A stretch of DNA of 64,000 bases from an uncultured Rivularia sp. (GTDB lineage: Bacteria > Cyanobacteriota > Cyanobacteriia > Cyanobacteriales > Nostocaceae). Made by a program: the position numbers and the translations under genes. The stretch covers positions 7,232,001 to 7,296,000 of the forward strand of contig OY762007.1 in assembly GCA_963665115.1 (NCBI GenBank). Direction: 5' to 3'. Shown one piece after another: positions 54,199-64,000 of this stretch. The notes under the pieces were generated by a model. That model was not told where the DNA came from and did no database searches. It saw nothing but the letters and a program-made list of their open reading frames with translations. Within the stretch, counting starts at the first letter, position 1. Every line of letters starts with the position of its first letter.

Positions 54199-55098
54199 TC
54201 ACGAATACCGAATTTGCAGAATCAAACGATTACCATTTCTTGGTAATTTTAATCTATGGATACAAGAAGGATCTTGGAAAAATCCAAATCCAGCATTTCC
54301 TGTAATAGTAAGTTCTTCGGAGCGATTATAGTAATGCCACACATCTGCTTCTTTCTGAATGTTTGACCGAAAAAGCATTTGCAATGGTTTACGATTGTGC
54401 GATTTTTCGATCATAATGTGAGGACCAGTATTTTCGTCCACGTCGGTAATAAAGAAACTAACGGTGACGAAATTGAATCCAGCGACATCGTAATGAAAAT
54501 TGGTAGGTGGATACAGTTTCTGAATTTCACTTTCTTCTAAATCAGAAGCAAAACTCCAAGTTAGGTGACGAGTAATTAAAGTTGGATAATAACCGAGACA
54601 TTTTCGAGCGATTTCAATTAACGTTGCATCGCGGACAATTTTATCCACGCTGGGACATCGATCGGTATTGCTAACTAGCCCGCGCATTACCTGTCTACCT
54701 GTGCCATTTAAGCGTCCGCTTTTGATATCCGAAGCCAAGAAAGAGTCATCATACTTGGGTTCGGTGCAGAGATTCAAATCGGCGAAAGAACGAATTTTTT
54801 CTACATCTTCAGCATTCAGTTGTAATCCTAGATGTACCCCTGTTTCCCGAACATTATCTACACATCGATTGACTTGAACGGGGGAAACGACTGAGAGGTT
54901 GCTGATGTTTAATCGCTCTTGATAGAACTTAGAATTAAAGTGCTGTACCTGACTTTGGAAAAAGCTGTATCCACGGCGAATAATTTTAAATCTTCCTAGA
55001 GACTGCCAGCGCTTGCTGCTACTGATTCTTTTAGTAAAATCATTATTTTCATCAAGTTTATTTTTTTGCGGTGTTAATTGAATTAACGTACCAGTCAT
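54199..55098 (-). CDS. Putative PhyH-like Fe(II)/2-oxoglutarate dioxygenase
   Basis: FHYD (HxD), ITDVDENTGPH..I..SH, distal IHR, R.ILQ.RY. Confidence 0.55.
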   Translation of the reverse strand: MTGTLIQLTPQKNKLDENNDFTKRISSSKRWQSLGRFKIIRRGYSFFQSQVQHFNSKFYQERLNISNLSVVSPVQVNRCVDNVRETGVHLGLQLNAEDVEKIRSFADLNLCTEPKYDDSFLASDIKSGRLNGTGRQVMRGLVSNTDRCPSVDKIVRDATLIEIARKCLGYYPTLITRHLTWSFASDLEESEIQKLYPPTNFHYDVAGFNFVTVSFFITDVDENTGPHIMIEKSHNRKPLQMLFRSNIQKEADVWHYYNRSEELTITGNAGFGFFQDPSCIHRLKLPRNGNRLILQIRYS

Positions 55099-55475
55099 AA
55101 ATTATTTTTTCTCAAAAAAGTAAGTTTTTAACAGCATGATTTATGCGGTTATTCAAACAGCATCACGAGCAAATGTTAGTAAAAACCCGCAATCATTAAT
55201 GTTGTATGAGTAATTTCTACAGTGCCATATTTACAACAAATTAGACAACTGTTGAATATGCCTATTTATTTTGTGAAATTTCATTAAAACTGAATACAGT
55301 TTGTTATTATTTTTATATAGTTATGAAATCCATGAAGTTGCATTTATGATATTTTAATTGAAAAACAATCATAAAAGTCTTATTGCTTTCCGGATTAATA
55401 ATAATTTGATAATCGGATAAAAAAATATAAATATTAACGTTTAAATTCAAAATAATTTGATGAATATTAAGTAAG

Positions 55476-55604
55476 TAAGTAGGAGAACAAAAATATTTAC
55501 CGTCATTACGAGCGAAGCGAAGTAATCCCAGCCCATGCGGTTGCTTCGTTTCACTCCGTTCCACTCGCAATGACAATGTGTAATTAATTTTGTCTAATTA
55601 CTTA
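55476..55604. mobile_element. MITE-like element, same family as 41710-41858
   Basis: TAAGTAGG...TACTTA ends; internal GTCATTACGAG...CTCGCAATGAC inverted repeat. Confidence 0.7.
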
Positions 55605-55719
55605 TAATTCTATAGAGGAAATATTTATTGTAATAATTTGAAGAATTAAGCAACTCGATTCAAAAACCGGGTTCCTTACTTAATTTCCAGCAGATAATTG
55701 TTTAATAAACGTTTTACCT

Positions 55720-55995
55720 ATGGAACTTATCGTTATTCCAGCAATAATTTTATTTGTAAGTCCACTACTACTATTAAGATGGTCGTGGAAAGCACTTCTA
55801 GCATATGTTTTAATAATTGGATGTCCTCTAACTTGGCTTTGGATTAATCATTTTTATGTCACATCACAGCCAGATTATGTTGATTCAGCACCGGGAGCAG
55901 GTGTTGGTTTGGTATTTGCTCAATTTTATACATTCGTTTTCGTATTTGGAATCGTTCTAAGTATTTTGTTAGTGGCCTTATATAAAAGAAATTAA
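55720..55995 (+). CDS. Small hypothetical membrane protein
   Basis: 91-aa ATG ORF with three hydrophobic segments. Confidence 0.55.
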   Translation: MELIVIPAIILFVSPLLLLRWSWKALLAYVLIIGCPLTWLWINHFYVTSQPDYVDSAPGAGVGLVFAQFYTFVFVFGIVLSILLVALYKRN

Positions 55996-56055
55996 ATTGT
56001 GTAGATAATAATTTAATTACGAAAAGAGACGCGATATATCGCGTCTCTACAATTA

Positions 56056-56946
56056 TTAGAATCCTAATTTTTCTAAAACTGGCTTGGTAGAAACAATATG
56101 TCTTTGTAAACCAAGTTCTTCTGGACTAACCCCCAACGCTAAGGCGATTAATTGCGGTAAATGCAATACTGGTAAACCTAATTTACGTCCGATAACTTTT
56201 TCTACCTCTGGCTGACGAGAATCTAAATTGAGGTGACACAACGGACAAGGTGTAACCATACAATCCGCACCAGCTTCTATGGCTTCAGATATATGTTTAC
56301 CCGCCATTTGAAAAGATTGGGTAGTGGCATAGCTAGAAAGAGGCCATCCGCAACATTTAGTACGCCCTTGATAATGGATCGGTGTTGCACCCACCGTGCG
56401 GAACATATTTTCCATTGCCTTTGGGTTAAAAGGATCGTCGTCAGGCATATTTTGAGCGCGTAGTAAATAGCAACCATAAAAAGCTGCACATTTAAGATTA
56501 GTTAATTTTTTTGTGACTCGTTTTTTTATTTCTTCTAAACCATAATCGCTGACTAAAGCATAAAGAAGATGCTTTACTTGAGTACTTCCGCGATAGGGCG
56601 AACAGCTTTCTTTTTGCAACAAACGGTTAACTTTATTTAAGTAATCGGGATTGTTTTGCCCGCAAGCTTTTAGACGTTCGTCTACATGACCGATAACACC
56701 TTGGCAAGTACTACAATGAGTAAGTAAAGGCAGATTCAATTCCTCTGCTAAAGAAATATTTCTAGCATTGACTGTATCTTCTAATAGTTGTGAATCTTCC
56801 TTAAAAGTACCTGAGCCACAACAAGCTGCTTTTTTGAGTTCAATTAGTTCAATGTTTAAAGCTTTGGAAAGGGCTACGGTAGAAGAATGTAGCTCTTGGC
56901 AAGCTCCTTGAGCAACACAACCTGGAAAATAAGCGTATTTAAGCAT
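56056..56946 (-). CDS. hdrB: Heterodisulfide reductase subunit B family (CCG domain) Fe-S protein
   Basis: YFPGC, CCG, CSTC, FYGC, CCG, CPLC; ATG at 56946 likely. Confidence 0.8.
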   Translation of the reverse strand: MLKYAYFPGCVAQGACQELHSSTVALSKALNIELIELKKAACCGSGTFKEDSQLLEDTVNARNISLAEELNLPLLTHCSTCQGVIGHVDERLKACGQNNPDYLNKVNRLLQKESCSPYRGSTQVKHLLYALVSDYGLEEIKKRVTKKLTNLKCAAFYGCYLLRAQNMPDDDPFNPKAMENMFRTVGATPIHYQGRTKCCGWPLSSYATTQSFQMAGKHISEAIEAGADCMVTPCPLCHLNLDSRQPEVEKVIGRKLGLPVLHLPQLIALALGVSPEELGLQRHIVSTKPVLEKLGF

Positions 56947-57223
56947 TTGGAATAGAATACAATTTGATTTATTGGAACAGCGCAAAGTTTGGCAGAGAAG
57001 ATTTTCTTTACTCAAACTTTCTAATACAGGACGGAACTATAAGCGACTTTGAGCGGTATATACCAACCATTAGTAACATTCAAAGAAAAAAAAACATAAA
57101 AATTCCTGTTATGGAAACATATATATCGTGTATGAGAACGCGCTTTCCGATAAGATGTATATGCTCAAAACGGTGACATCCATAAAGAGCAAAAATAAGC
57201 AACCTTCAGAGGTATTTTGATCG

Positions 57224-57475
57224 ATGAGCCAAGCGGAAATTTTTGAGAAAGTCAAGAAAATCGTTGCCGAACAGTTAGGTGTTGAGGATGAGAAAATCAC
57301 TCCTAACGCTAATTTCGCCAACGATTTAGGGGCTGATTCTTTGGATACGGTGGAACTAGTAATGGCTTTGGAAGAAGAATTTGATATTGAAATTCCCGAT
57401 GAAGCCGCTGAAAAAATTACTACAGTTCAAGAGGCAGTTGACTACATCAACAGCAAGGTTGCCGCATCTGCCTAA
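57224..57475 (+). CDS. acpP: Acyl carrier protein
   Basis: [20 protein letters not shown]. Confidence 0.97.
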   Translation: MSQAEIFEKVKKIVAEQLGVEDEKITPNANFANDLGADSLDTVELVMALEEEFDIEIPDEAAEKITTVQEAVDYINSKVAASA

Positions 57476-57650
57476 CATAAGGAATAGATAAGAAATAATT
57501 GGGGATTGGGGAACGAGAACCGTTAAAAGTTAGGAGGAAATGTCTCGCTAACTATTACAATTTTCTTATCCCTAGTTCCTAATTTTCAATCACTAACGGT
57601 TCCTATGTGTTGAACTGCGGCAACAGCGTCGAGCCACCATAAATATCATC

Positions 57651-58904
57651 ATGACAGAATTTAAAGTAAAGCGCGTTGTTGTAACTGGTGTTGGCGCGAT
57701 TACACCGATTGGTAAAACACCAGAAGAATATTGGGAAGGATTAGCCAGCGGTCGAAATGGTATTGATAAAATCACTGCATTTGATGCTTCACACCATGAT
57801 TGCCGCATTGCTGGTGAGGTAAAAGATTTCGATCCACACGAGTATATGGATCGTAAAGAAGCTAAGCGGATGGATAGATTTGCTCAATTAGGAGTTTCGG
57901 CAGCAAAACAAGCTGTTAAGAACGCCAATTTAACCATCAACGATCTGAATGCAGAACAAGTTGGTGTCATACTTGGCTCCGGCGTGGGTGGCATTAAAGT
58001 GATGGAGGATCAGCAAACGATTTACCTCAACCGTGGTCCGGATCGCTGTAGTCCTTTTATGATACCCATGATGATTGCCAATATGGCCGCTGGGCTAACG
58101 GCAATTCATACTGGAGCTAAAGGACCCAATTCCTGCCCGGTAACTGCCTGTGCATCAGGTTCTAATGCCATTGGTGATGCTTTCCGCATTATTCAAGACG
58201 GATACGCTCAAGCGATGATTTGTGGCGGATGTGAAGCGGCGATTACACCTTTATCTATTGCTGGCTTTGCTGCTGCAAGAACGCTGTCCACCCGTAATGA
58301 TGACCCTAAGAGAGCCAGTCGTCCTTTTGATAAAGACCGCGATGGGTTTGTCATGGGTGAAGGTGCGGGCATTTTGATTCTAGAAGAACTCGAACACGCT
58401 TTAAGTCGCAAGGCCACAATTTACGCTGAAATGATTGGCTATGGCATGACTTGTGATGCATATCATATGACTTCACCAGTACCCGGTGGAAAAGGAGCCG
58501 CAAGAGCCATGCAGTTGGCACTTAAAGACGGCGGAATTACTCCTGACATGGTTACTTATATAAATGCTCACGGTACCAGCACCTCAGTAAATGACCCCAC
58601 CGAAACTGCTGCAATCAAAGAAGCTTTGGGAGAACACGCTTATAAAATAGCAATTAGTTCTACCAAATCCATGACTGGTCATCTATTGGGCGGTTCTGGA
58701 GGAATCGAAGGTGTAGCCACAGTGTTGGCGATCGCCAATAATCGAGTTCCACCGACAATTAATTTGGATAATCCAGACTCGGAATGCGACTTGGATTATG
58801 TAGCCAATCAAAGCCGCGCTTTAGATATTCAGGTTGCGCTATCCAATTCCTTTGGTTTTGGCGGCCACAATGTCACGCTAGCCTTTAAGAAGTACGTCTC
58901 ATAA
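57651..58904 (+). CDS. fabF: 3-oxoacyl-ACP synthase II
   Basis: RVVVTG, TACASG, NAHGTST, KSMTGHLLG, SNSFGFGGHN. Confidence 0.96.
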   Translation: MTEFKVKRVVVTGVGAITPIGKTPEEYWEGLASGRNGIDKITAFDASHHDCRIAGEVKDFDPHEYMDRKEAKRMDRFAQLGVSAAKQAVKNANLTINDLNAEQVGVILGSGVGGIKVMEDQQTIYLNRGPDRCSPFMIPMMIANMAAGLTAIHTGAKGPNSCPVTACASGSNAIGDAFRIIQDGYAQAMICGGCEAAITPLSIAGFAAARTLSTRNDDPKRASRPFDKDRDGFVMGEGAGILILEELEHALSRKATIYAEMIGYGMTCDAYHMTSPVPGGKGAARAMQLALKDGGITPDMVTYINAHGTSTSVNDPTETAAIKEALGEHAYKIAISSTKSMTGHLLGGSGGIEGVATVLAIANNRVPPTINLDNPDSECDLDYVANQSRALDIQVALSNSFGFGGHNVTLAFKKYVS

Positions 58905-59344
58905 AGGAATTATCAAGTATGAAGCAATTCGTAAAAATTCAATCGCTCGTGCTTCATCTTTAACAATTACTTTTGGCGCTTTGTGCAGGGTGGCAATTTC
59001 TGTACAATGCAGGGGCAGGCTTTAAAACAAGTTAAGGTCGCGCTCTGTTGAGCGGTATCTCTTTATAATCAGCTTGCCCCTAGCATTTGAAGGTTTATTT
59101 TGTCCTGCCGATACACGAAGCTATTTGGAACTTGTTTAATAAAAACTAACAGGACTGGGGCAATTCTCTATACAATTAATCCCATGTCCCTTCATAAAAA
59201 ATCTTGCGATGGTACCTCTTGTCCGTCAACAGGCCGCAATGGGATGATGAAAAAATAGCTTACTTGGGATAAATCAAAATAACCCTCATAGAAGCTACAT
59301 AGAACTAATAACAGAACGCTAACATCGTTAAAAACAATCGTATT

Positions 59345-61360
59345 ATGACTGTTGCAACCCAAACCCAAACCCTCGAACAACTTTGCATCAACTCAATTCG
59401 CTTTTTAGCAGTTGATGCCGTAGAAAAAGCAAAATCCGGACACCCCGGACTTCCTATGGGCGCAGCGCCAATGGCGTTCGTACTGTGGGATAAATTTATG
59501 CGGTTTAACCCCAAAAACCCCAAATGGTTTAATCGCGATCGCTTTGTCTTATCTGCCGGACATGGCTCTATGTTGCAGTATGCTCTGCTTTATTTAGCAG
59601 GCTACGATAGCGTCAGCATAGAAGATATCAAAAATTTCCGTCAGTGGGAATCCAGCACTCCCGGACACCCCGAAAACTTCATGACATTAGGGGTAGAAAT
59701 TACTACCGGACCTTTGGGTCAGGGAATTGGTAATGCAGTAGGTATCGCAATGGCAGAAGCCCACCTGGCTGCAATGTACAACAAACCTGATGCTAAAGTT
59801 GTTGACCACTACACCTACTGTATTGTAGGTGACGGTTGCAACATGGAAGGCGTTGCGAGTGAAGCTTGCTCTTTTGCCGGACACCAAGGTTTAGGTAAAC
59901 TAATCACTTTTTACGACGACAACCACATTTCCATTGATGGTTCTACTGACATCGCATTTACCGAAGATGTTTCCAAGCGCTTTGAAGCTTACGGTTGGCA
60001 CGTTCTTCACGTCAAAGATGGTAACAATGATTTAGAAGCAATTGCCAAAGCGATCGAAGAAGCTAAATCTGTCACCGACAAGCCCACCATGATTAAGGTG
60101 ACAACCACCATCGGTTATGGTGCGCCCAACAAGCAAGATACAGCAGGTATTCACGGTGCTGCTCTTGGTGCTGATGAAGTTAAACTTACCCGCGAAAACT
60201 TAGGTTGGAACCACGAACCCTTTGAATTGCCAGAAGATGCTGTAAACCATATGCGTAAAGCTGTGGAACGCGGTGCTGGTTATGAAGAAGAATGGAACAA
60301 GACTTTTGCTAACTACAAATCTAAATATCCCAAAGAAGCGGCAGAATTTGACCGTTATTTAACGGGTAAGCTTCCCGATGGTTGGGACAAAGTACTGCCT
60401 ACATTTACCCCCGATGATAAAGGTTTAGCAACTCGTAAATATTCCGAAGCTTGCTTGAACAAATTAGCATCCGTTTTACCTGAATTAATCGGTGGATCGG
60501 CTGACTTAACCCACTCCAACCTGACCGAAATTAAAGAATCGGGCGATTTCGAGAAAGGTAATTACAAAAACCGTAACGTCCACTTCGGCGTGCGCGAACA
60601 CGGTATGGGCGCAATCTGTAACGGTATGGCGCTGCACGATTCGGGCTTAATTCCTTATGGTGCAACCTTCTTGATCTTTACCGACTATATGCGTGCTGCT
60701 ATCCGTTTATCAGCACTGTCTCATACTGGAACCCTCTGGGTAATGACTCACGACTCCATCGGACAAGGTGAAGATGGCCCTACTCACCAACCAATTGAAA
60801 CTTTAGCTTCATTGAGAGCCATTCCTAACTTAAACGTGATGCGTCCCGCTGATGGAAATGAAGTTTCTGGATGTTATAAGTTAGCTATCGAAAGAGCCAA
60901 GAAAAAAGACCCTACCTTATTAGCGTTCACCCGTCAAGGTGTACCCAACTTAAAAGGTAGTTCTATCGAAAAAGTAGCTAAAGGCGCTTATATCCTAGTA
61001 GATTGCGACGGAACACCAGATTTAATTTTGATGGGTACTGGTTCCGAAGTACAGCTTTGTGTAGGTGCTGCCGAAAAACTTTCCGGTGAAGGTAAGAAAG
61101 TCCGCGTAGTTTCCATGCCTTGTTGGGAAATATTTGAAGAGCAAGATGATTCTTACAAAGAATCTGTACTACCTAAAGCTGTCACCAAGCGCGTATCAGT
61201 AGAAGCTGCTGCAAGCTTTGGCTGGCATAAGTACATTGGTACTGAAGGTGCGGCTGTAAGTATCGATAGATTCGGTGCTTCCGCTCCTGGTGCCATTGTT
61301 ATGGAGAAATTCGGTTTCACCGTTGATAACGTTGTAGCAACTGCCAAGAAATTGGGTTAA
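59345..61360 (+). CDS. tkt: Transketolase
   Basis: [45 protein letters not shown]. Confidence 0.97.
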   Translation: MTVATQTQTLEQLCINSIRFLAVDAVEKAKSGHPGLPMGAAPMAFVLWDKFMRFNPKNPKWFNRDRFVLSAGHGSMLQYALLYLAGYDSVSIEDIKNFRQWESSTPGHPENFMTLGVEITTGPLGQGIGNAVGIAMAEAHLAAMYNKPDAKVVDHYTYCIVGDGCNMEGVASEACSFAGHQGLGKLITFYDDNHISIDGSTDIAFTEDVSKRFEAYGWHVLHVKDGNNDLEAIAKAIEEAKSVTDKPTMIKVTTTIGYGAPNKQDTAGIHGAALGADEVKLTRENLGWNHEPFELPEDAVNHMRKAVERGAGYEEEWNKTFANYKSKYPKEAAEFDRYLTGKLPDGWDKVLPTFTPDDKGLATRKYSEACLNKLASVLPELIGGSADLTHSNLTEIKESGDFEKGNYKNRNVHFGVREHGMGAICNGMALHDSGLIPYGATFLIFTDYMRAAIRLSALSHTGTLWVMTHDSIGQGEDGPTHQPIETLASLRAIPNLNVMRPADGNEVSGCYKLAIERAKKKDPTLLAFTRQGVPNLKGSSIEKVAKGAYILVDCDGTPDLILMGTGSEVQLCVGAAEKLSGEGKKVRVVSMPCWEIFEEQDDSYKESVLPKAVTKRVSVEAAASFGWHKYIGTEGAAVSIDRFGASAPGAIVMEKFGFTVDNVVATAKKLG

Positions 61361-61399
61361 TTAGTTGAATAATTGAATATTTGATTAATCGTTTTTGAG

Positions 61400-61424
61400 G
61401 TGGGCTATTTTGCCCACTTTTTTT
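61400..61424 (+). terminator. Rho-independent terminator after tkt
   Basis: GTGGGC-TATTTT-GCCCAC followed by T7. Confidence 0.7.
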
Positions 61425-62553
61425 ATGTTTTTACAGTCATCTGGGATTGTTTATATTTATTTTTGATAAACTTAAGTGCTGGCTGTTCGATGAAAAATGT
61501 CATACCAGCTGCTATTGTAAGTGATAATATTGTCGCAATTAGAATACTAATATAAGGATGAATGTTATAGGTATACAGCATTCTAATTATGGCGTAACCG
61601 AAATTTTGGTGAATTAAATATAAGCTGTAAGAGATAGTTCCTAAAAATATTAGAGGTTTGAAATTAATCCATTTAAAATACCCTTGTATTGAGAGGACAA
61701 TCAATAAAGTAAATCCAGCGACAAATATTGTTGTCTCCCAAGATTGCTCGTGAGAATATGCGAATCTTTGTGCTAGTATGCAGACAAAAATTACAGCCCA
61801 TCTATAACGAGTAAATCCTTGCTTATACTGCTTGTATAGCATTATTCCTAATATAAACAAATGAGCAAACTTGAGGATTAAAATATTTCTTAAAATATTT
61901 CTTAAACTATTAGCTAGATTGTCAACAAAACCAGCTTGATTAATTAAAATAAAGTTATTTTGCAAAGAGTTGCGATCGAAGTCAATTGCATCTGCGAACC
62001 ATCCCCATCTAGCTGCATAAGTTTTGATACAAAAAAATAACGCAACAACTAACCATCCAGTTATGATTGGTTCAATATACTTTAAGAGCTTATTTTTAAA
62101 CAGCAAGAGCATAAGAATATAAAAACATAATTCTATATATAAAGTCCAGTAAACACCGTCTACATTAGGCACATTAAAAAAACCCTGGAACATCGTAAAA
62201 TTTATTAAAATGCTGGGAAAAGAAATTTGTTTTTCGGGAAGTTGACTCAAAGTAACAACGATAGAACTAAAAATAACCCCCATCCAATAATTAGGATAAA
62301 GACGGGCAAATCTTCCTACGATAAAATCCAAACTTGATTTTATCCTTTCCATAGACATCAGAATTACAAAGCCACTAGTTATAAAGAAAAATTCAACTCC
62401 GTGTCTTCCATAAGAAAAATAAAAATTTAATTCAGATGAATGGTTGTAAAGGCTATTATACTGACTTGTATAATGGAAAATAACAACTCCTAATGCAGCC
62501 AGCCCTCTAAGTACATCTAGCTCAAATAAACGTCTTGACTGTTTTTTAATCAT
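61423..62553 (-). CDS. Acyltransferase family 3 (OafA-like) membrane protein
   Basis: LDVLRGLAAL.VV.FH, GVEFFF.TSGF, R..RLYP, YWTL.IE..FY, LG.ISYSLYL.H. Confidence 0.9.
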   Translation of the reverse strand: MIKKQSRRLFELDVLRGLAALGVVIFHYTSQYNSLYNHSSELNFYFSYGRHGVEFFFITSGFVILMSMERIKSSLDFIVGRFARLYPNYWMGVIFSSIVVTLSQLPEKQISFPSILINFTMFQGFFNVPNVDGVYWTLYIELCFYILMLLLFKNKLLKYIEPIITGWLVVALFFCIKTYAARWGWFADAIDFDRNSLQNNFILINQAGFVDNLANSLRNILRNILILKFAHLFILGIMLYKQYKQGFTRYRWAVIFVCILAQRFAYSHEQSWETTIFVAGFTLLIVLSIQGYFKWINFKPLIFLGTISYSLYLIHQNFGYAIIRMLYTYNIHPYISILIATILSLTIAAGMTFFIEQPALKFIKNKYKQSQMTVKT

Positions 62554-62672
62554 TTAAGCAGCAACGGCTTAGGTGGTTTTAAATAATACAATATCACCAA
62601 TTTTGCTTAGAATTATTGATATTTTCAAGGGTGAAAATACTGGGAATGTTACAAAAATAAATAAAAACTTGT

Positions 62673-62876
62673 TTGTTATTTTTAAACTATATTTTGTACA
62701 GTTGGTTGATAAGCGTATTATATAATCAGTTAAAAACTGGAAGAATTAACGTCACAGATAATTTAAGTAATATCACAGTTTTTCGATTAGGAGAAACACA
62801 GGTTCATGTGTATTTAGTTGGGCAGACAAAGAATGGTAATTGGATTATTATTCATACGATTTCTATTGAAACATAA
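62673..62876 (+). pseudogene. Probable C-terminal fragment of a nuclease A inhibitor (NuiA)-like gene
   Basis: DNLSNITVFRLGETQVHVYLVGQTKNGNW...TISIET* resembles the NuiA C-terminus; no credible N-terminal half. Confidence 0.5.
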
Positions 62877-63070
62877 GATATTGTTTAATTTATTTTTAGT
62901 TATATAAACAATAAAATGTTGGGTTACGGCGCATATCAAATTTTTGTTAATTATCAAAATTATTAGTGCGCCGTGAAGCTAACCTACAAATCTAAATAAA
63001 TTATCAATACAAATAAAAACGCAAAAAGACGTTGCATTGCAACGTCTCTACACTATTAAATTAATTTTAA

Positions 63071-63907
63071 TTATTCATTAACTGGCATGACAACTTTCTT
63101 TGCTAATCCCAAATTTTGCAAGACTTTAATTGCCCACCAAGTCATATCTATTTCATACCAACGCAATCCAGCTTTCGCGACATTTGGATGAGCGTGATGA
63201 TTATTGTGCCAGCCTTCACCGTAAGTTAAGATAGCTGCCCACCAAAGATTGCGGGAATTATCTTCTGAGTCAAAAGTGCGATAACCTCTAATATGACTTG
63301 CAGAATTAATCAACCAAGTGGAATGCCAAAGTAGTACTGCTCTAAGAAATACACCGTAGATTACAAAAGACCATCCACCCAAAACATACAGCAAAACGCC
63401 TACGGGAATTTGTAGTAATAAGAAGTAGCGATTTAACCAATTATAAAATGGTTGGCGGACTAAATCGGGAGCATATTTTTTGTACATTTCATAGTCAAAA
63501 AATTCTTTGCGGGGATAGAAAATCCACAGCATATGACTCCACCAAAAACCGCGCTTTGCAGAATAAGGATCTTTAACTTCATCCTCTGTATGAGCATGGT
63601 GTAATCTATGCCCAGCTACCCAAAATATTGGTCCTCCCTGCATAGCCATAGCTCCTAAAATGGCAATGGTATATTCCAACCATTTCGGTACTTGTAAACT
63701 ACGGTGACTCAAAATTCGGTGATAACCCAAACAAATACCAATACTGCCAAATAGCCAATGTAAAAATATCATTACTCCCAAAGCTGACCAAGAAAAAAAC
63801 CAGGGAGCCAATAAAGCTAAAACATGAATCGCGCCGAAAAATGCCACGTTAGTCCAACTCAGAGCAAGCTTTTCCTTACCCTCAGCAACAGCAGAGTGTG
63901 TAGTCAT
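63071..63907 (-). CDS. desC: Delta-9 acyl-lipid desaturase
   Basis: His boxes HR..SH, HR.HH, HNNHH; GEGWHNNHH. Confidence 0.88.
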   Translation of the reverse strand: MTTHSAVAEGKEKLALSWTNVAFFGAIHVLALLAPWFFSWSALGVMIFLHWLFGSIGICLGYHRILSHRSLQVPKWLEYTIAILGAMAMQGGPIFWVAGHRLHHAHTEDEVKDPYSAKRGFWWSHMLWIFYPRKEFFDYEMYKKYAPDLVRQPFYNWLNRYFLLLQIPVGVLLYVLGGWSFVIYGVFLRAVLLWHSTWLINSASHIRGYRTFDSEDNSRNLWWAAILTYGEGWHNNHHAHPNVAKAGLRWYEIDMTWWAIKVLQNLGLAKKVVMPVNE

Positions 63908-64000
63908 AATTATTTCCTTAGACGGTGAGTATTTTTAATAAAACTAATTAGATGTATTTCCCACGACACCCAGATTTAAACTAAAGGCGGGCAAGAAATA

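Noticed and set aside
55313..55576. 87-aa ORF
   Set aside because: It begins inside a MITE and runs into AT-rich intergenic DNA.
56056..56946. hdrB as evidence for methanogen-type metabolism
   Set aside because: Stand-alone HdrB-family genes are common in cyanobacteria; no hdrA or hdrC is present here.

Overview
AT-rich chromosomal window from a cyanobacterium. Many HIP1 (GCGATCGC) sites, heptameric STRR tracts, psaM and a CAAD-containing ValRS point to a filamentous Nostocales-type genome (inference). Most genes are housekeeping or metabolic: serC, phnCDE, dnaX, mgdA, ebsA, yajQ, psaM, ampG-like, valS, cax, mltA, lpxD, acpP-fabF-tkt and desC. Intergenic spaces are densely packed with REP/MITE/STRR repeats. 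The strongest signal is a Ser/Thr kinase-FGE-sulfatase (CLec-fold) gene whose last 44 codons look like a diversity-generating retroelement (DGR) variable region followed by a GC hairpin. No reverse transcriptase or template repeat is in the window, so it would be a remote target. It lies in a REP-punctuated block with HigBA, an unannotated RHH mini-gene and an FHA-kinase. Other observations: a TPR-CHAT protein lacking the catalytic His beside a stand-alone paralog of its N-terminal domain; a composite STRR-armed element flanking dnaX as a direct repeat; four genes each split by one extra G/C (probably assembly errors); several gene remnants missed by the ORF track (ADP-ribosylglycohydrolase, DUF4188, IS110); and a two-hairpin sRNA candidate. 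No rRNA, tRNA or CRISPR array was recognised.
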